Origin: an uncultured Ruminococcus sp.
GTDB taxonomy: Bacteria; Bacillota; Clostridia; Oscillospirales; CAG-382
Direction of reading: 5' to 3'
DNA: 64,000 bases
Assembly (NCBI GenBank): GCA_964571635.1
Contig: CAZNCN010000001.1
Location: 37,705 to 101,704 of the forward strand
How positions within the stretch are numbered: position 1 is the stretch's first letter; every line of letters starts with the position of its first letter. The notes under the pieces are model-generated. The model ran no database searches. It worked only from the letters and a program-made list of their open reading frames with translations, and was not told the DNA's origin. Below are positions 1 to 9,318 of this stretch, piece by piece. A program made the translations under genes and the position numbers.

Positions 1-316
1 CGCAATGCTCGTTCAGGCTGCCGATGCAGTCAGCGCAGCAAGACCCGGCGCAAGGCGTGAGAACCTCGAACAATACATCAAGCGTCTGCAAAGACTTGAG
101 GAGATCGCAAACTCCTTCCCCGGCATCGAAAAATCGTTTGCTATTCAGGCAGGTCGCGAGATTCGCATAATGGTCAAGCCCGACGAGGTCTCGGACGATG
201 ATATGGCGTTCCTCGCACGCGACATCGCACGCAAGATCGAGGGCGAGCTTGAGTATCCCGGTCAGATCAAGATTAACGTTATCAGAGAGGTCCGCAAGTC
301 GGATCTTGCAAAATAA
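1..316 (+). CDS. rny: RNase Y, C-terminal fragment (gene starts upstream of window)
   Basis: The frame is open from the window edge. The tail ...[17 protein letters not shown]...[14 protein letters not shown] matches the conserved RNase Y C-terminus. ymdB follows, as in Bacillus and Clostridia. Confidence 0.8.
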   Translation, partial: AMLVQAADAVSAARPGARRENLEQYIKRLQRLEEIANSFPGIEKSFAIQAGREIRIMVKPDEVSDDDMAFLARDIARKIEGELEYPGQIKINVIREVRKSDLAK

Positions 317-324
317 TCAAAGCA

Positions 325-1116
325 ATGATAAAACTGCTTTGTCTGGGCGACGTCGTCGGCCCGCTCGGCACGCAATTTGTCTGCGACAACCTCTTGAGGT
401 TAAAGGCAGAAACTGCCGCCGACGCGGTCATAGTCAACGGCGAAAACTGCACGAGGTCATTCAACCTCGACACACACTCGGCGTATGCCCTGTTTGATGC
501 AGGCGCAGATGTCATTACCGGCGGCAACCACACCATGCAGTATGAGCAGGTGCACGACATGCTTTGCTCGTGTGACAGGCTGCTGCGACCGCACAACTAT
601 CCGCCTGCTTCTCCGGGCAAGGGCTATTGCATACTTCCGATGAGAAACGGCATACGTCTGCTGGTCATCAACCTGTCGGGACAGGCAATAATCGAGCCGC
701 CTGCCGACAACCCGTTTGTCGCCTGCCAGAACCTTATCCGCTCACTGAAGGGCGAATATGACATTGCAGTCTGCGATCTTCACGCAGAGGCAACAGGCGA
801 AAAGAATGCGTTTTTCAGATGCTTTGACGGCACTATCGTCGCTATGTACGGCACGCACACGCACGTTGCGACCGCCGACGAGCGCATATTGCCTCGCGGC
901 AGTGCCTGCATAACCGACATAGGTATGTGCGGAGCGCATGATTCTGTCATAGGCATGGATGCCGAAACCGCCATACACAAATACCGCACCGCAACAAGAC
1001 CGCAAAAACCGCCCGAACCGACGGGCGATATGCAAATACACGGCGTGCTGTTTGAGCTCGACGAGAGGTCGAACCGTGCCGTGAATATAACCCGAATTTG
1101 CTATACGAAAGGATAA
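325..1116 (+). CDS. ymdB: YmdB-like metallophosphoesterase (2',3'-cyclic-nucleotide phosphodiesterase family)
   Basis: N-terminus MIKLLCLGDVVGxxG...VIVNGEN plus GNH and GTHTHV metal-binding motifs. Sits in the conserved position after rny. Confidence 0.8.
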   Translation: MIKLLCLGDVVGPLGTQFVCDNLLRLKAETAADAVIVNGENCTRSFNLDTHSAYALFDAGADVITGGNHTMQYEQVHDMLCSCDRLLRPHNYPPASPGKGYCILPMRNGIRLLVINLSGQAIIEPPADNPFVACQNLIRSLKGEYDIAVCDLHAEATGEKNAFFRCFDGTIVAMYGTHTHVATADERILPRGSACITDIGMCGAHDSVIGMDAETAIHKYRTATRPQKPPEPTGDMQIHGVLFELDERSNRAVNITRICYTKG

Positions 1117-1126
1117 CCCTTAACCC

Positions 1127-1492
1127 ATGTCAAACTTTTTTAACCTGCTGACAAGCACAGGCTCGGGCGCTACCGATGCCACAGGCACACAGCCCGATGC
1201 ACTTTCGTCCATCCTGACGCTCGTCATTCCCCTCGCTATCATCGTTATCGTATTTTATTTCTTTATCCTGCGTCCGCAAAAGAAGCAGGACAAAGAGGTC
1301 GCTGAAATGCGCGACTCTATCAACCTCGGCGACATAGTTATCACTGTCGGCGGCATAGTGGGCAGAGTCATTCGCATCAAAGACGACATGATGCTCATCG
1401 AAACAGGCGGTGGCAAAACTCGCCTGCAGATCGAAAAGCGCTCTGTTCGTGAGATCAAAGCAAAAGCCAACCAGCAAACCAAAGAGGGCTAA
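1127..1492 (+). CDS. yajC: Preprotein translocase subunit YajC
   Basis: 121 aa with a single TM helix, followed by ILRPQKKQxKE...GDxVxTxGGIxGxV, the YajC signature. Confidence 0.8.
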   Translation: MSNFFNLLTSTGSGATDATGTQPDALSSILTLVIPLAIIVIVFYFFILRPQKKQDKEVAEMRDSINLGDIVITVGGIVGRVIRIKDDMMLIETGGGKTRLQIEKRSVREIKAKANQQTKEG

Positions 1493-1544
1493 AATTTCAA
1501 GCCACTTTGAATAATAAAAAGTCAATTAGAAGGTTTAATTTATT

Positions 1545-2771
1545 ATGAATAAGCACATGATCAGAAAATATGCGCGTCTGGCTGTCCGCAAGGGCGTCAA
1601 CGTGCAAAAAGGTCAAGAAGTTGTCATTTACATCTCTGTTGATCAGGCTGACTTCGGCAAATATCTGGCTGACGAGGCATACCGTGCAGGCGCAAAGCGC
1701 GTTTGGTTCGAGTGGAGCTATCAGGCAGAAACGCTGCTCAAATACCGCAACGAATCTGCACGCACACTCTCTGAGGTGCCCGCATGGGTCGAAGCAAAGC
1801 AGCAGCACTATGTTGATCGACTCCCCTGCCAGATCCACGTTCTTTCGGATGATCCCGACGGTCTGAAGGCTGTCAATGCCACCAAACTTCAAAAGGTGCG
1901 TTTCGCACGCATGTCTGTCCTCAAGAAGTATCGCGATGCGATGGATAACAAATATCAGTGGACCATCGTCGCCGTTCCCTCTAAGGCATGGGCAAAGAAG
2001 ATATTCCCCAAAGAGACCCCCTCTGCCGCAGTCGAAAAACTGTGGAAAGCCATCTTTGAGGCTGTCAGACTTGAGTGCGACAACGATCCTATGGCCGCAT
2101 GGGATCAGCACAACGCAGACTTTGCATGCAGAGCAGACTTCTTAAACTCTCACAAGTTTGATTATATCACCTATAAGAGTTCGAACGGCACTGACTTTAA
2201 GTGCGAGCTTATTCCCGAGGGTGTATGGTGCGGCGGTGGCGAAACCTCGCTGAAGGGCATCTATTTCAACCCCAATATGCCGACCGAAGAGGTCTTCACC
2301 TCTCCCAAGGCAGGCAAGTGCTCGGGCAGACTCGTCGCTACAAAACCGCTGTCGTACATGGGTGCTCTCATCGACGGCTTTTATATCGATTTTGTCGACG
2401 GCAAGGCTGTCAATTGGGATGCAAAGCAGGGCAAGGAGCAGTTGACGAGCATCATCACGAGCGACGAAACTTCAGGTATGCTCGGCGAGCTTGCACTCGT
2501 TCCGCAGGATTCGCCCATCAACAACCAGGGCATTCTTTATTACAACACTCTGTTTGATGAAAACGCATCCTGCCATGTCGCACTCGGCAGAGGCTTCAGC
2601 GGCTGCATCGAGGGCTATGAGAGCCGCTCGGCAGAAGAGATACATTCTCTCGGTGTCAACGACTCGCAGATACACGTCGACTTCATGATTGGTGCGCCCG
2701 ATATGCAGATAACAGGCTACAAGGATGGCGTCGCAACACCCATATTTGTCGACGGTAACTGGGCTTTTTAA
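1545..2771 (+). CDS. Aminopeptidase, M29 (AmpS/PepS) family
   Basis: 408 aa. N-terminus KYARLAVRKGVNVQKGQEVVI...AYRAGAKRV is typical of M29 aminopeptidases. An AGAAGG-like RBS lies upstream. Confidence 0.75.
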   Translation: MNKHMIRKYARLAVRKGVNVQKGQEVVIYISVDQADFGKYLADEAYRAGAKRVWFEWSYQAETLLKYRNESARTLSEVPAWVEAKQQHYVDRLPCQIHVLSDDPDGLKAVNATKLQKVRFARMSVLKKYRDAMDNKYQWTIVAVPSKAWAKKIFPKETPSAAVEKLWKAIFEAVRLECDNDPMAAWDQHNADFACRADFLNSHKFDYITYKSSNGTDFKCELIPEGVWCGGGETSLKGIYFNPNMPTEEVFTSPKAGKCSGRLVATKPLSYMGALIDGFYIDFVDGKAVNWDAKQGKEQLTSIITSDETSGMLGELALVPQDSPINNQGILYYNTLFDENASCHVALGRGFSGCIEGYESRSAEEIHSLGVNDSQIHVDFMIGAPDMQITGYKDGVATPIFVDGNWAF

Positions 2772-2803
2772 GCTTTTAAATAATTAAATAACGACCCAAA
2801 AAC

Positions 2804-2835
2804 GGGCTTACACCGTCTTGCACGGCTGTAAGCCC
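2804..2835 (+). terminator. Stem-loop after the aminopeptidase gene (no clear T-tract)
   Basis: GGGCTTACA..(inner CCG/CGG stem)..TGTAAGCCC inverted repeat. The weak U-tail keeps confidence low. Confidence 0.35.
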
Positions 2836-2876
2836 TCATCATTGCAATTTTAAGGGTCTTTGGAGGAATTTATATC

Positions 2877-4166
2877 ATGGAAATATTGCTATCGCTGTCG
2901 ATCTGTCTGGTCGTCGGACTTTTTGTTTCGCGCATCACGCGCAAGGTCGGACTGCCCGCAGTCACAGCGTATCTTGTCGCCGGTCTTTTGGTCGGCCCCT
3001 GCTGCCTCGGCTTGCTCGGGCTCAACGGCATAGGTTTTATAGCATTTGAATCGACCGACCCGAACGTCGTTTCGGTCGACACTTTTAAGATCATCAGCGA
3101 GGTCGCACTCGGATTTATTGCATTTTCGATAGGCAACGAATTCAGGCTCGCTCAGCTCAAAGAAACAGGCAAGGCAGCGACAGCCATCGGAATAATCCAG
3201 GCAGTGACGGCAACCTTGCTCGTCGATGCGGTGCTCGTCGTATTGGCACTGACAACCGACATAATCACCGTTCCTGCCGCATTGGTGCTCGGTGCGATCG
3301 CAGCCGCAACCGCACCTGCCGCAACGCTCATGGTCGTCAGACAGTATAAAGCAAAGGGCAAGCTGACCGACATTCTTTTGCCTGTCGTTGCTCTCGACGA
3401 CGCCGTCGGACTCGTTATATTCTCGGTCTCGTTCGGCATTGCACAGGTCATGAGTGACTCTTCTGCCTCGGCAGGTGTTGCGACAATGATCGTTTTGCCG
3501 CTCGTTGAGGTAGTGCTCAGCCTGCTGCTCGGCACTGTAATGGGCTTTTTGCTCACATTCTGCGAGAGGTTCTTCCATTCCGGCTCAAAGCGCCTGACAC
3601 TCGCAGTAACATTTGTGCTGATGACAGTTGCACTCTGCAAGATAACCTTCCCTATGCTCGGTGGCGAATTTGCGTTCTCGTCACTGCTTTCGTGCATGAT
3701 GCTCGGTACGATATTCTGCAACTGCTGCGACTTTTCGGTCGACATCATGGAAAAAGCGGACAGATGGACAGCACCTCTCTATGTGGTATTCTTTGTGCTC
3801 TCCGGTGCAGAGCTCGACCTGTTTGCTTTCAGCGGCATAACAGTGCTCGTCGGCGTAATATTTATATTGGTGCGCTCGGCAGGCAAGTATATAGGCTCTT
3901 ATGTTTCGGCTTCGATGATGAAGTGCGACGACAATATCAAAAAATATCTCGGCATAACGCTCCTGCCGCAGGCAGGCGTTGCGCTGGGAATGAGTATGCA
4001 GGCGGCGGCGTTGCCGGGCTGTGGCTCGTTTATCAGAAACATCGTGCTGTTTGCGGTGCTCGTTTATGAGCTGATAGGCCCTTACCTCACAAAGGTCGCT
4101 CTGACTGCAGCAGGCGATATAGTTCCGCCCGAACCCAAAAAGCGTGTGCCCATCCCCAAGGTCTGA
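2877..4166 (+). CDS. Cation:proton antiporter (Na+/H+ exchanger family, CPA-type)
   Basis: 429 aa, polytopic (about 11-12 hydrophobic segments). Overall pattern of the sodium/hydrogen exchanger family. GGAGG RBS upstream. Confidence 0.7.
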   Translation: MEILLSLSICLVVGLFVSRITRKVGLPAVTAYLVAGLLVGPCCLGLLGLNGIGFIAFESTDPNVVSVDTFKIISEVALGFIAFSIGNEFRLAQLKETGKAATAIGIIQAVTATLLVDAVLVVLALTTDIITVPAALVLGAIAAATAPAATLMVVRQYKAKGKLTDILLPVVALDDAVGLVIFSVSFGIAQVMSDSSASAGVATMIVLPLVEVVLSLLLGTVMGFLLTFCERFFHSGSKRLTLAVTFVLMTVALCKITFPMLGGEFAFSSLLSCMMLGTIFCNCCDFSVDIMEKADRWTAPLYVVFFVLSGAELDLFAFSGITVLVGVIFILVRSAGKYIGSYVSASMMKCDDNIKKYLGITLLPQAGVALGMSMQAAALPGCGSFIRNIVLFAVLVYELIGPYLTKVALTAAGDIVPPEPKKRVPIPKV

Positions 4167-4176
4167 CAATTTTAAA

Positions 4177-4210
4177 AGCGATTCAAGCAGTAAGCCTGAA
4201 TCGCTTTTTG
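4177..4210 (+). terminator. Rho-independent terminator
   Basis: AGCGATTCA-11 nt-TGAATCGCT followed by TTTTT. Confidence 0.7.
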
Positions 4211-4241
4211 TTTACTGATCATTGTTTACTGATCATTGTTC
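4208..4241. repeat. Perfect tandem direct repeat, 14-bp unit TTGTTTACTGATCA x2 plus a partial third copy
   Basis: Positions 4208-4221 and 4222-4235 are identical, and the next 5 nt repeat the unit start. Each unit contains the palindrome TGATCA. Confidence 0.9.
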
Positions 4242-4392
4242 ATTCAAACTCTCAAGATTTTTGTGCGGATTAGAACACACAAAAAAATACTTGTTTTTTC
4301 TGTTTAAGTCAACACAAAACAAGAACCGTGTTGTTCACTTTGCGATGAAAAGCGGTTATAATAAAGCCATCAAAGTTAAGGAGTTTCAAACA

Positions 4393-4746
4393 ATGAACAC
4401 AGACAAGATCTACGCAGAACAGTTAGCAAATGAATATGCTCCCAAGAGCACCTCAAAGGTTGTTGCGCTTCGAAAGCTCGACAAAAAGGCAAAAGCACCC
4501 GCAAATATTTTTGCATTCACCTTCGGCATCATCTTCACACTCGTATTCGGCACCGGCATGTGCCTTTGCATGGGTCAGATAGGCGGCGGCACTGTCACCT
4601 CGATGATAATCGGCATCGTTCTCGGCATTGTCGGAATGGCAGCCATGGGCGTCAACTATCCCATCTATAAAAAGCTGCTCGAAAAAGGCAAAAAGAAGTA
4701 TGCGTTTGAGATAATTGAGCTCGCAAAAGAGATCAGCGAAGGCTGA
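4393..4746 (+). CDS. Small membrane protein, uncharacterised (2 predicted TM helices)
   Basis: The preferred start is the ATG at 4393, preceded by AAGGAG; the ORF-track start at 4222 lies in AT-rich non-coding-looking sequence. Two hydrophobic helices are flanked by Lys-rich segments. Confidence 0.5.
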   Translation: MNTDKIYAEQLANEYAPKSTSKVVALRKLDKKAKAPANIFAFTFGIIFTLVFGTGMCLCMGQIGGGTVTSMIIGIVLGIVGMAAMGVNYPIYKKLLEKGKKKYAFEIIELAKEISEG

Positions 4747-4751
4747 TCGAT

Positions 4752-5432
4752 ATGAAACTGCTGGATAGATTTAAGCAGACAGAATTTGGCGGCAGATATA
4801 TGTCAGACCGCGCATTCCGCGGCAAGATAAGCATATATCAGGGCATGATGATAAACTTTGCCTATGCCGCCTTTCGTGGCGTCATGAGCATCATCTATGG
4901 CACTTCGTGGCTCATTGCGACGACGATATATTATTTTGTGCTCGGGCTTATCAGGCTTTGGCTATGCTCTGCTTACCGTAAGCGCAAAAAGTGCGGCGGC
5001 ATCAAATATGAGATACGCTGCTATAAGATCACCGCCTGTATGCTGCTCGCTCTCGACATTCCGATGGGTGCCATGATACTTTTGTTTATCATCAGTGATC
5101 CGTCAGCGGCATACCCGGGGTTTACCATTTATGCTTCGGCGGCATACACGTTTTATATGATGTCGCTGTCGATAATAAATATTTTCAAATACAAAAAGCT
5201 GGGCAGTCCGATATTGTCTGCGGCAAAATGCATCAATTTCATCGCCGCCGCAATGTCCATGCTCGGTCTGCAAAACGCACTAATCGTCAAGTTTTCTTCC
5301 GAGGCGGCATCATACCGTGTCATGATGAACACCTTGACAGGTGCGGGAATATATATTATAGTTATAGGCATAGCGATATATATGCTAAAGCGCAGGATGC
5401 GTGTCAAAAAAGAGGTGAAGGCGATTGAATAA
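4752..5432 (+). CDS. Polytopic membrane protein, uncharacterised
   Basis: 226 aa with about 5-6 hydrophobic segments. Lies 5 nt after the previous gene and overlaps the TetR gene by 8 nt. Confidence 0.5.
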   Translation: MKLLDRFKQTEFGGRYMSDRAFRGKISIYQGMMINFAYAAFRGVMSIIYGTSWLIATTIYYFVLGLIRLWLCSAYRKRKKCGGIKYEIRCYKITACMLLALDIPMGAMILLFIISDPSAAYPGFTIYASAAYTFYMMSLSIINIFKYKKLGSPILSAAKCINFIAAAMSMLGLQNALIVKFSSEAASYRVMMNTLTGAGIYIIVIGIAIYMLKRRMRVKKEVKAIE

Positions 5433-6006
5433 ATCAGAGAGCAAATATTTTAATACGGCAGTCAGAATGGACGAAGCTCTGATAGCCCTGTTGCAAACAA
5501 AAAGCTTTGAATTTATCTCTATCAAAGAGCTTTGCAAGGCTGCGGATGTCAACCGCTCGACCTTTTATCTGCATTATCAGAACATGTGCGAATTGCTCGA
5601 CGAAGCGATTTCGCTGATGCACTCGAGGTTTTTGTCTTACTTCGGAGGCAACGCTAAAGAGATCCTGCAGAGAATGCACGATTGCCCAAAGCAGGAGCTG
5701 CTGCTGATAACGCCTGAGTACATCACGCCATATCTGCAGTATGTCAAGGACAATATGCACCTCTATTCTGCGGCGATCAACAATCCCGCCAATTTCAACA
5801 CGCACACGACATATCAAGCGATGTTTTCAAAGGTCTTTGACCCTATTCTTGACAGGTTTGATGTGCCTGATGCGCAAAAGCCTTATATAATGTCGTTTTA
5901 TCTCGGCGGCATTTCGTCGCTCGTCGACAGCTGGATACAAGGCGGCTGCAAGACACCGATAAGCGAGATCACCGAGCTGATAGTTTCGTGCATTCCCAAA
6001 TTATAA
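5425..6006 (+). CDS. TetR/AcrR family transcriptional regulator
   Basis: N-terminal HTH region ISIKELCKAADVNRSTFYLHYQNMCELL is typical of TetR_N. Probable TTG start at 5425; the alternative is the ATG at 5467. Confidence 0.8.
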   Translation: MNKSESKYFNTAVRMDEALIALLQTKSFEFISIKELCKAADVNRSTFYLHYQNMCELLDEAISLMHSRFLSYFGGNAKEILQRMHDCPKQELLLITPEYITPYLQYVKDNMHLYSAAINNPANFNTHTTYQAMFSKVFDPILDRFDVPDAQKPYIMSFYLGGISSLVDSWIQGGCKTPISEITELIVSCIPKL

Positions 6007-6012
6007 AAACAT

Positions 6013-6050
6013 GAGCAGTGCTTTTTGCTTGAAAGCACTGCTCGTTTTTT
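6013..6050. terminator. Bidirectional rho-independent terminator
   Basis: GAGCAGTGCTTT-7 nt-AAAGCACTGCTC with an A-run on the left and a T-run on the right, between convergent tetR and cobB. Confidence 0.7.
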
Positions 6051-6786
6051 AATCTATCGCTTTTGATAACACTTCCGACAGCGAATCGTGAATGACATAT
6101 TCGGCAAACTCGTCACAAGGTGTCTCTGACATATTGATTATTATCAAATGCTCTCCCTCATATTCGTCGACAAGCGACGCAGCGGGCTGAACAGTCAACG
6201 ATGTTCCGCCAACGATCATAACATCGGCATTATGCACTGCGTCATATGCCCTGTTGAATGCGCTGTTGTCGAGGCTTTCGCCGTACATAACGACATCAGG
6301 TCTGACAAAAGAACCGCATTTGTGGCACTTTGGCACGCCGTCAGCACTCAAAACATCCTCAAGCGAATGTTCCTTGCCGCAACGAATGCAATAATAGCGC
6401 TTTGCCGAGCCGTGCAATTCTATGACATTGCGGCTGCCTGCAAGCTGATGCAGGCCGTCGATATTCTGCGTTATCACTGCCGAAAGCTTGCCCTCACTCT
6501 CAAGCCGAGCCAGAGCATAATGTGCCTCGTTTGGCTCTGCATCTGTGTAGACCATGTTGCTTAAAAAGTATTGATAAAACTCTTTCGGATGCGCGCACAT
6601 ATAACTCGCCGTCAGTATATTTTCGGGGCTTACATCGGTGTCGTCATCGGTGGTATATAAGCCACCCGAGCCTCTGAAATCGGGTATGCCGCTGTCCGTA
6701 GAGACGCCTGCACCGCCGAAAAAAACAATGTTTTCCGCCTCGTCGATTATGCGTCTTAGCGCCTCTATCTCGTCATGATAATACAT
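6049..6786 (-). CDS. cobB: NAD-dependent protein deacylase (sirtuin, CobB type)
   Basis: GAGVSTDSGIPDFRG, QNIDGLH, catalytic-His context ELHG, and a Zn ribbon CxxC...CxxC (CIRCG...CHKCG). Confidence 0.85.
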   Translation of the reverse strand: MYYHDEIEALRRIIDEAENIVFFGGAGVSTDSGIPDFRGSGGLYTTDDDTDVSPENILTASYMCAHPKEFYQYFLSNMVYTDAEPNEAHYALARLESEGKLSAVITQNIDGLHQLAGSRNVIELHGSAKRYYCIRCGKEHSLEDVLSADGVPKCHKCGSFVRPDVVMYGESLDNSAFNRAYDAVHNADVMIVGGTSLTVQPAASLVDEYEGEHLIIINMSETPCDEFAEYVIHDSLSEVLSKAID

Positions 6787-6807
6787 AAGCGTCCTCCTGA
6801 TAATTCT

Positions 6808-9294
6808 TTACTTTATCTTTTTGAACTTATAGCCTGCCTTTTTGACTGCGGCCATAACCTCATTTTCGTTGAAACTGTCGCCCAAATCTTTGCAAAGCGT
6901 TATGACTGCCGTGCCGTTTTTATGGCTGACTGTGCAGTCTGCTATCTGCGGCAAAGCCATGAGCGCGGTCTTAACACGCTTTTCGCAATGCTCGCACATC
7001 ATTCCTTTGATATAAACAGTGCGTGTATTGCCCGAAGGCGTTTTTTTGTTTTTGCCGTAAAGCCTGCAGAAATTGAGCCGCAAGGCATTGGTGACGACGC
7101 AAAAACTCGAAAGGCTCATTGCCGCCGCACCGAACATGGGGTCGAGCGTTATTCCGACAGGAATAAGGCAGCCTGCGGCGAGCGGTATGCCTATGGCATT
7201 ATATACAAAAGCCCAGAAGAGATTTTGTTTAATATTCCTAAGTGATGCCCTGCCGAGCCTGATAGCGGCGACCGCATCGACAAGTGAGCTCTTGACGAGC
7301 ACAATGTCAGCCGCATCTATCGCAACATCGGTGCCTGCCCCTATCGCAGCACCAACATCTGCTGCGGTGAGTGCGGGCGCATCGTTTATTCCGTCACCGA
7401 CCATCATGACGACAGAGCCGTTTCTCTGCGACATAACGGCATCGGCCTTGCCCTCGGGCATCACACCTGCAATAACGCTTTCTATGCCTGCCTGCTGTGC
7501 GACCGCCCTTGCAGTGCGCTCGTTGTCGCCTGTAACCATGACGACGTTGATGCCCATGCACTTGAGGTCGCCGATAGCACTTGCGCTGTCGCTTCTGACA
7601 GTATCTGCGACTGCGATAATTCCCAAAAGCCTGCCATCAAGTGCAAACAGCATGGGTGTTTTGCCGCCATCTGCAAGCGATGCACATTCTGAAACAGTTT
7701 TTTGGTCTATCGAAACAATACTTGAAATATATTTGAGGCTGCCTGCCACGACAGGCATACCGTCAAGCATCGCTCTGACGCCATTGCCGGGCAGTGCCTC
7801 AAAGTCCTCTGCAATTCTGTTCTTGATGCCTTTTTGCTCTGCATAATTGCTTATCGCTCTTGCAAGCGGATGCTCGCTCTTTGCTTCGAGCGCAAACGCC
7901 GTTTCGAGCAGATAATTAGTTTCCACGCCGTCCGCCGTAATTACGTCAGTCACCTCGGGCTCGCCCTTGGTGACGGTGCCTGTCTTGTCAAGCATGACCG
8001 TCCCGACACGTCCCGTCTGCTCGAGCGAAGCAGCGGTCTTAAACAGAATTCCGTTCTTTGCACCAAGTCCGCTGCCGACCATGACCGCAACAGGCGTAGC
8101 AAGTCCGAGTGCGCACGGGCAGCTTATCACGAGCACCGAAATTCCGCGTGCGAGCGCAAAGCCAAACTCCTCGCCAAGCAGCAGCCAGATCGCCAATGTT
8201 ATCAATGCGATCGTCATGACCACCGGCACAAACACCGCCGAAACCTTGTCGGCGAGCTTTGCAATAGGCGCTTTGGTTGCTGCGGCATCCTCGACAGTCT
8301 TGATTATCTGTGCAAGCGTTGTATCGTCGCCGACCCTCGTGGCACGGCAGCGCATATAGCCCGACATGTTGACTGTGGCGGCAGAAACAGAGTCGCCGAC
8401 CGCTTTGTCGACAGGAATGCTTTCGCCTGTGAGCGCCGACTCGTTAACCGAGCCGCCGCCCTCTGTAACTATGCCGTCGACAGGAACGCTGTCGCCCGGC
8501 TTAAGTATGAAAATATCGTCTGTTTTGACTTCGTCGACCGAAACGGTCGTCTGCACTCCGTCACGCTCGACCAATGCAGTCTTTGGAGCAAGGCTCATAA
8601 GGCTCTTTATAGCATCGGTTGTCTTGCCCCTGGCGCGTGATTCGAGCAATTTGCCGACTGTGATAAGTGTCAGGATCATTGCGGCAGACTCAAAATAAAG
8701 TCCGTGCATATATTCCATTGCTGCCGCATTGTCGCCGTGCATCACGCAGTCTGTCATGATAAACATGAGTGCAGTGCTGTAAGCAAATGATGCCGCCGAG
8801 CCGAGCGACACGAGCGTATCCATATTCGGTGCACGTTTTATTAAGCCTTTAAAGCCACTGACAAAAAACTTTTTGTTGATGAGCACGACTACAGCGGCGA
8901 GAATAAACTGCAAAATAGCTATCGCCACGCAGTTGCCCTCTAAAAAATCGGGGATAGGGAAGTCCCACATAACATGCCCCATCGAAAAATACATCAGCAC
9001 GAGCAGTATGACCACCGACGAAATAAGCCGCCTTAAAATAATTGGCGTTTCGGTGTCCCTAAGCGGCTCATCGGAATGCTGCTTTTGTGCCTGTTCGCCC
9101 TTGGGCGATGCTCCGTAGCCTGCCGAAACCACCGCATCTATTATGCTTTTTTCTGTGGCAGTGCCCTCAACCGCCATCGAATTAGTCAACAGGCTGACGT
9201 TGCATTCCGTAACGCCGTCGACAGCCGACACGGCTTTTTCAACCCTTGCGCTGCAAGCCGCACAGCTCATGCCTGTTATATCAAATTTCTGCAT
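6808..9294 (-). CDS. copA: Copper-translocating P1B-type ATPase with N-terminal and C-terminal HMA domains
   Basis: N-terminal GMSCAACSARVE, TM CPC motif (SCPCALGLATP), DKTGTVT phosphorylation site, GDGINDAP hinge, and a C-terminal second HMA (GMMCEHCEKRV). Confidence 0.9.
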   Translation of the reverse strand: MQKFDITGMSCAACSARVEKAVSAVDGVTECNVSLLTNSMAVEGTATEKSIIDAVVSAGYGASPKGEQAQKQHSDEPLRDTETPIILRRLISSVVILLVLMYFSMGHVMWDFPIPDFLEGNCVAIAILQFILAAVVVLINKKFFVSGFKGLIKRAPNMDTLVSLGSAASFAYSTALMFIMTDCVMHGDNAAAMEYMHGLYFESAAMILTLITVGKLLESRARGKTTDAIKSLMSLAPKTALVERDGVQTTVSVDEVKTDDIFILKPGDSVPVDGIVTEGGGSVNESALTGESIPVDKAVGDSVSAATVNMSGYMRCRATRVGDDTTLAQIIKTVEDAAATKAPIAKLADKVSAVFVPVVMTIALITLAIWLLLGEEFGFALARGISVLVISCPCALGLATPVAVMVGSGLGAKNGILFKTAASLEQTGRVGTVMLDKTGTVTKGEPEVTDVITADGVETNYLLETAFALEAKSEHPLARAISNYAEQKGIKNRIAEDFEALPGNGVRAMLDGMPVVAGSLKYISSIVSIDQKTVSECASLADGGKTPMLFALDGRLLGIIAVADTVRSDSASAIGDLKCMGINVVMVTGDNERTARAVAQQAGIESVIAGVMPEGKADAVMSQRNGSVVMMVGDGINDAPALTAADVGAAIGAGTDVAIDAADIVLVKSSLVDAVAAIRLGRASLRNIKQNLFWAFVYNAIGIPLAAGCLIPVGITLDPMFGAAAMSLSSFCVVTNALRLNFCRLYGKNKKTPSGNTRTVYIKGMMCEHCEKRVKTALMALPQIADCTVSHKNGTAVITLCKDLGDSFNENEVMAAVKKAGYKFKKIK

Positions 9295-9318
9295 TAAGTT
9301 CCTCTCTTTTTATAATAG

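Noticed and set aside
4222-4392. Upstream extension of the small membrane protein ORF.
   Set aside because: The region is AT-rich, contains the tandem repeat and a promoter-like TTCACT-17-TATAAT, and lacks an RBS. The ATG at 4393 has AAGGAG upstream.
6049-6786. SIR2-domain protein considered as a possible defence effector (Thoeris/DSR-like).
   Set aside because: It is a short canonical sirtuin with the Zn-ribbon cysteines and standard NAD motifs. It has no partner sensor gene and sits in a housekeeping array, consistent with CobB deacylase.
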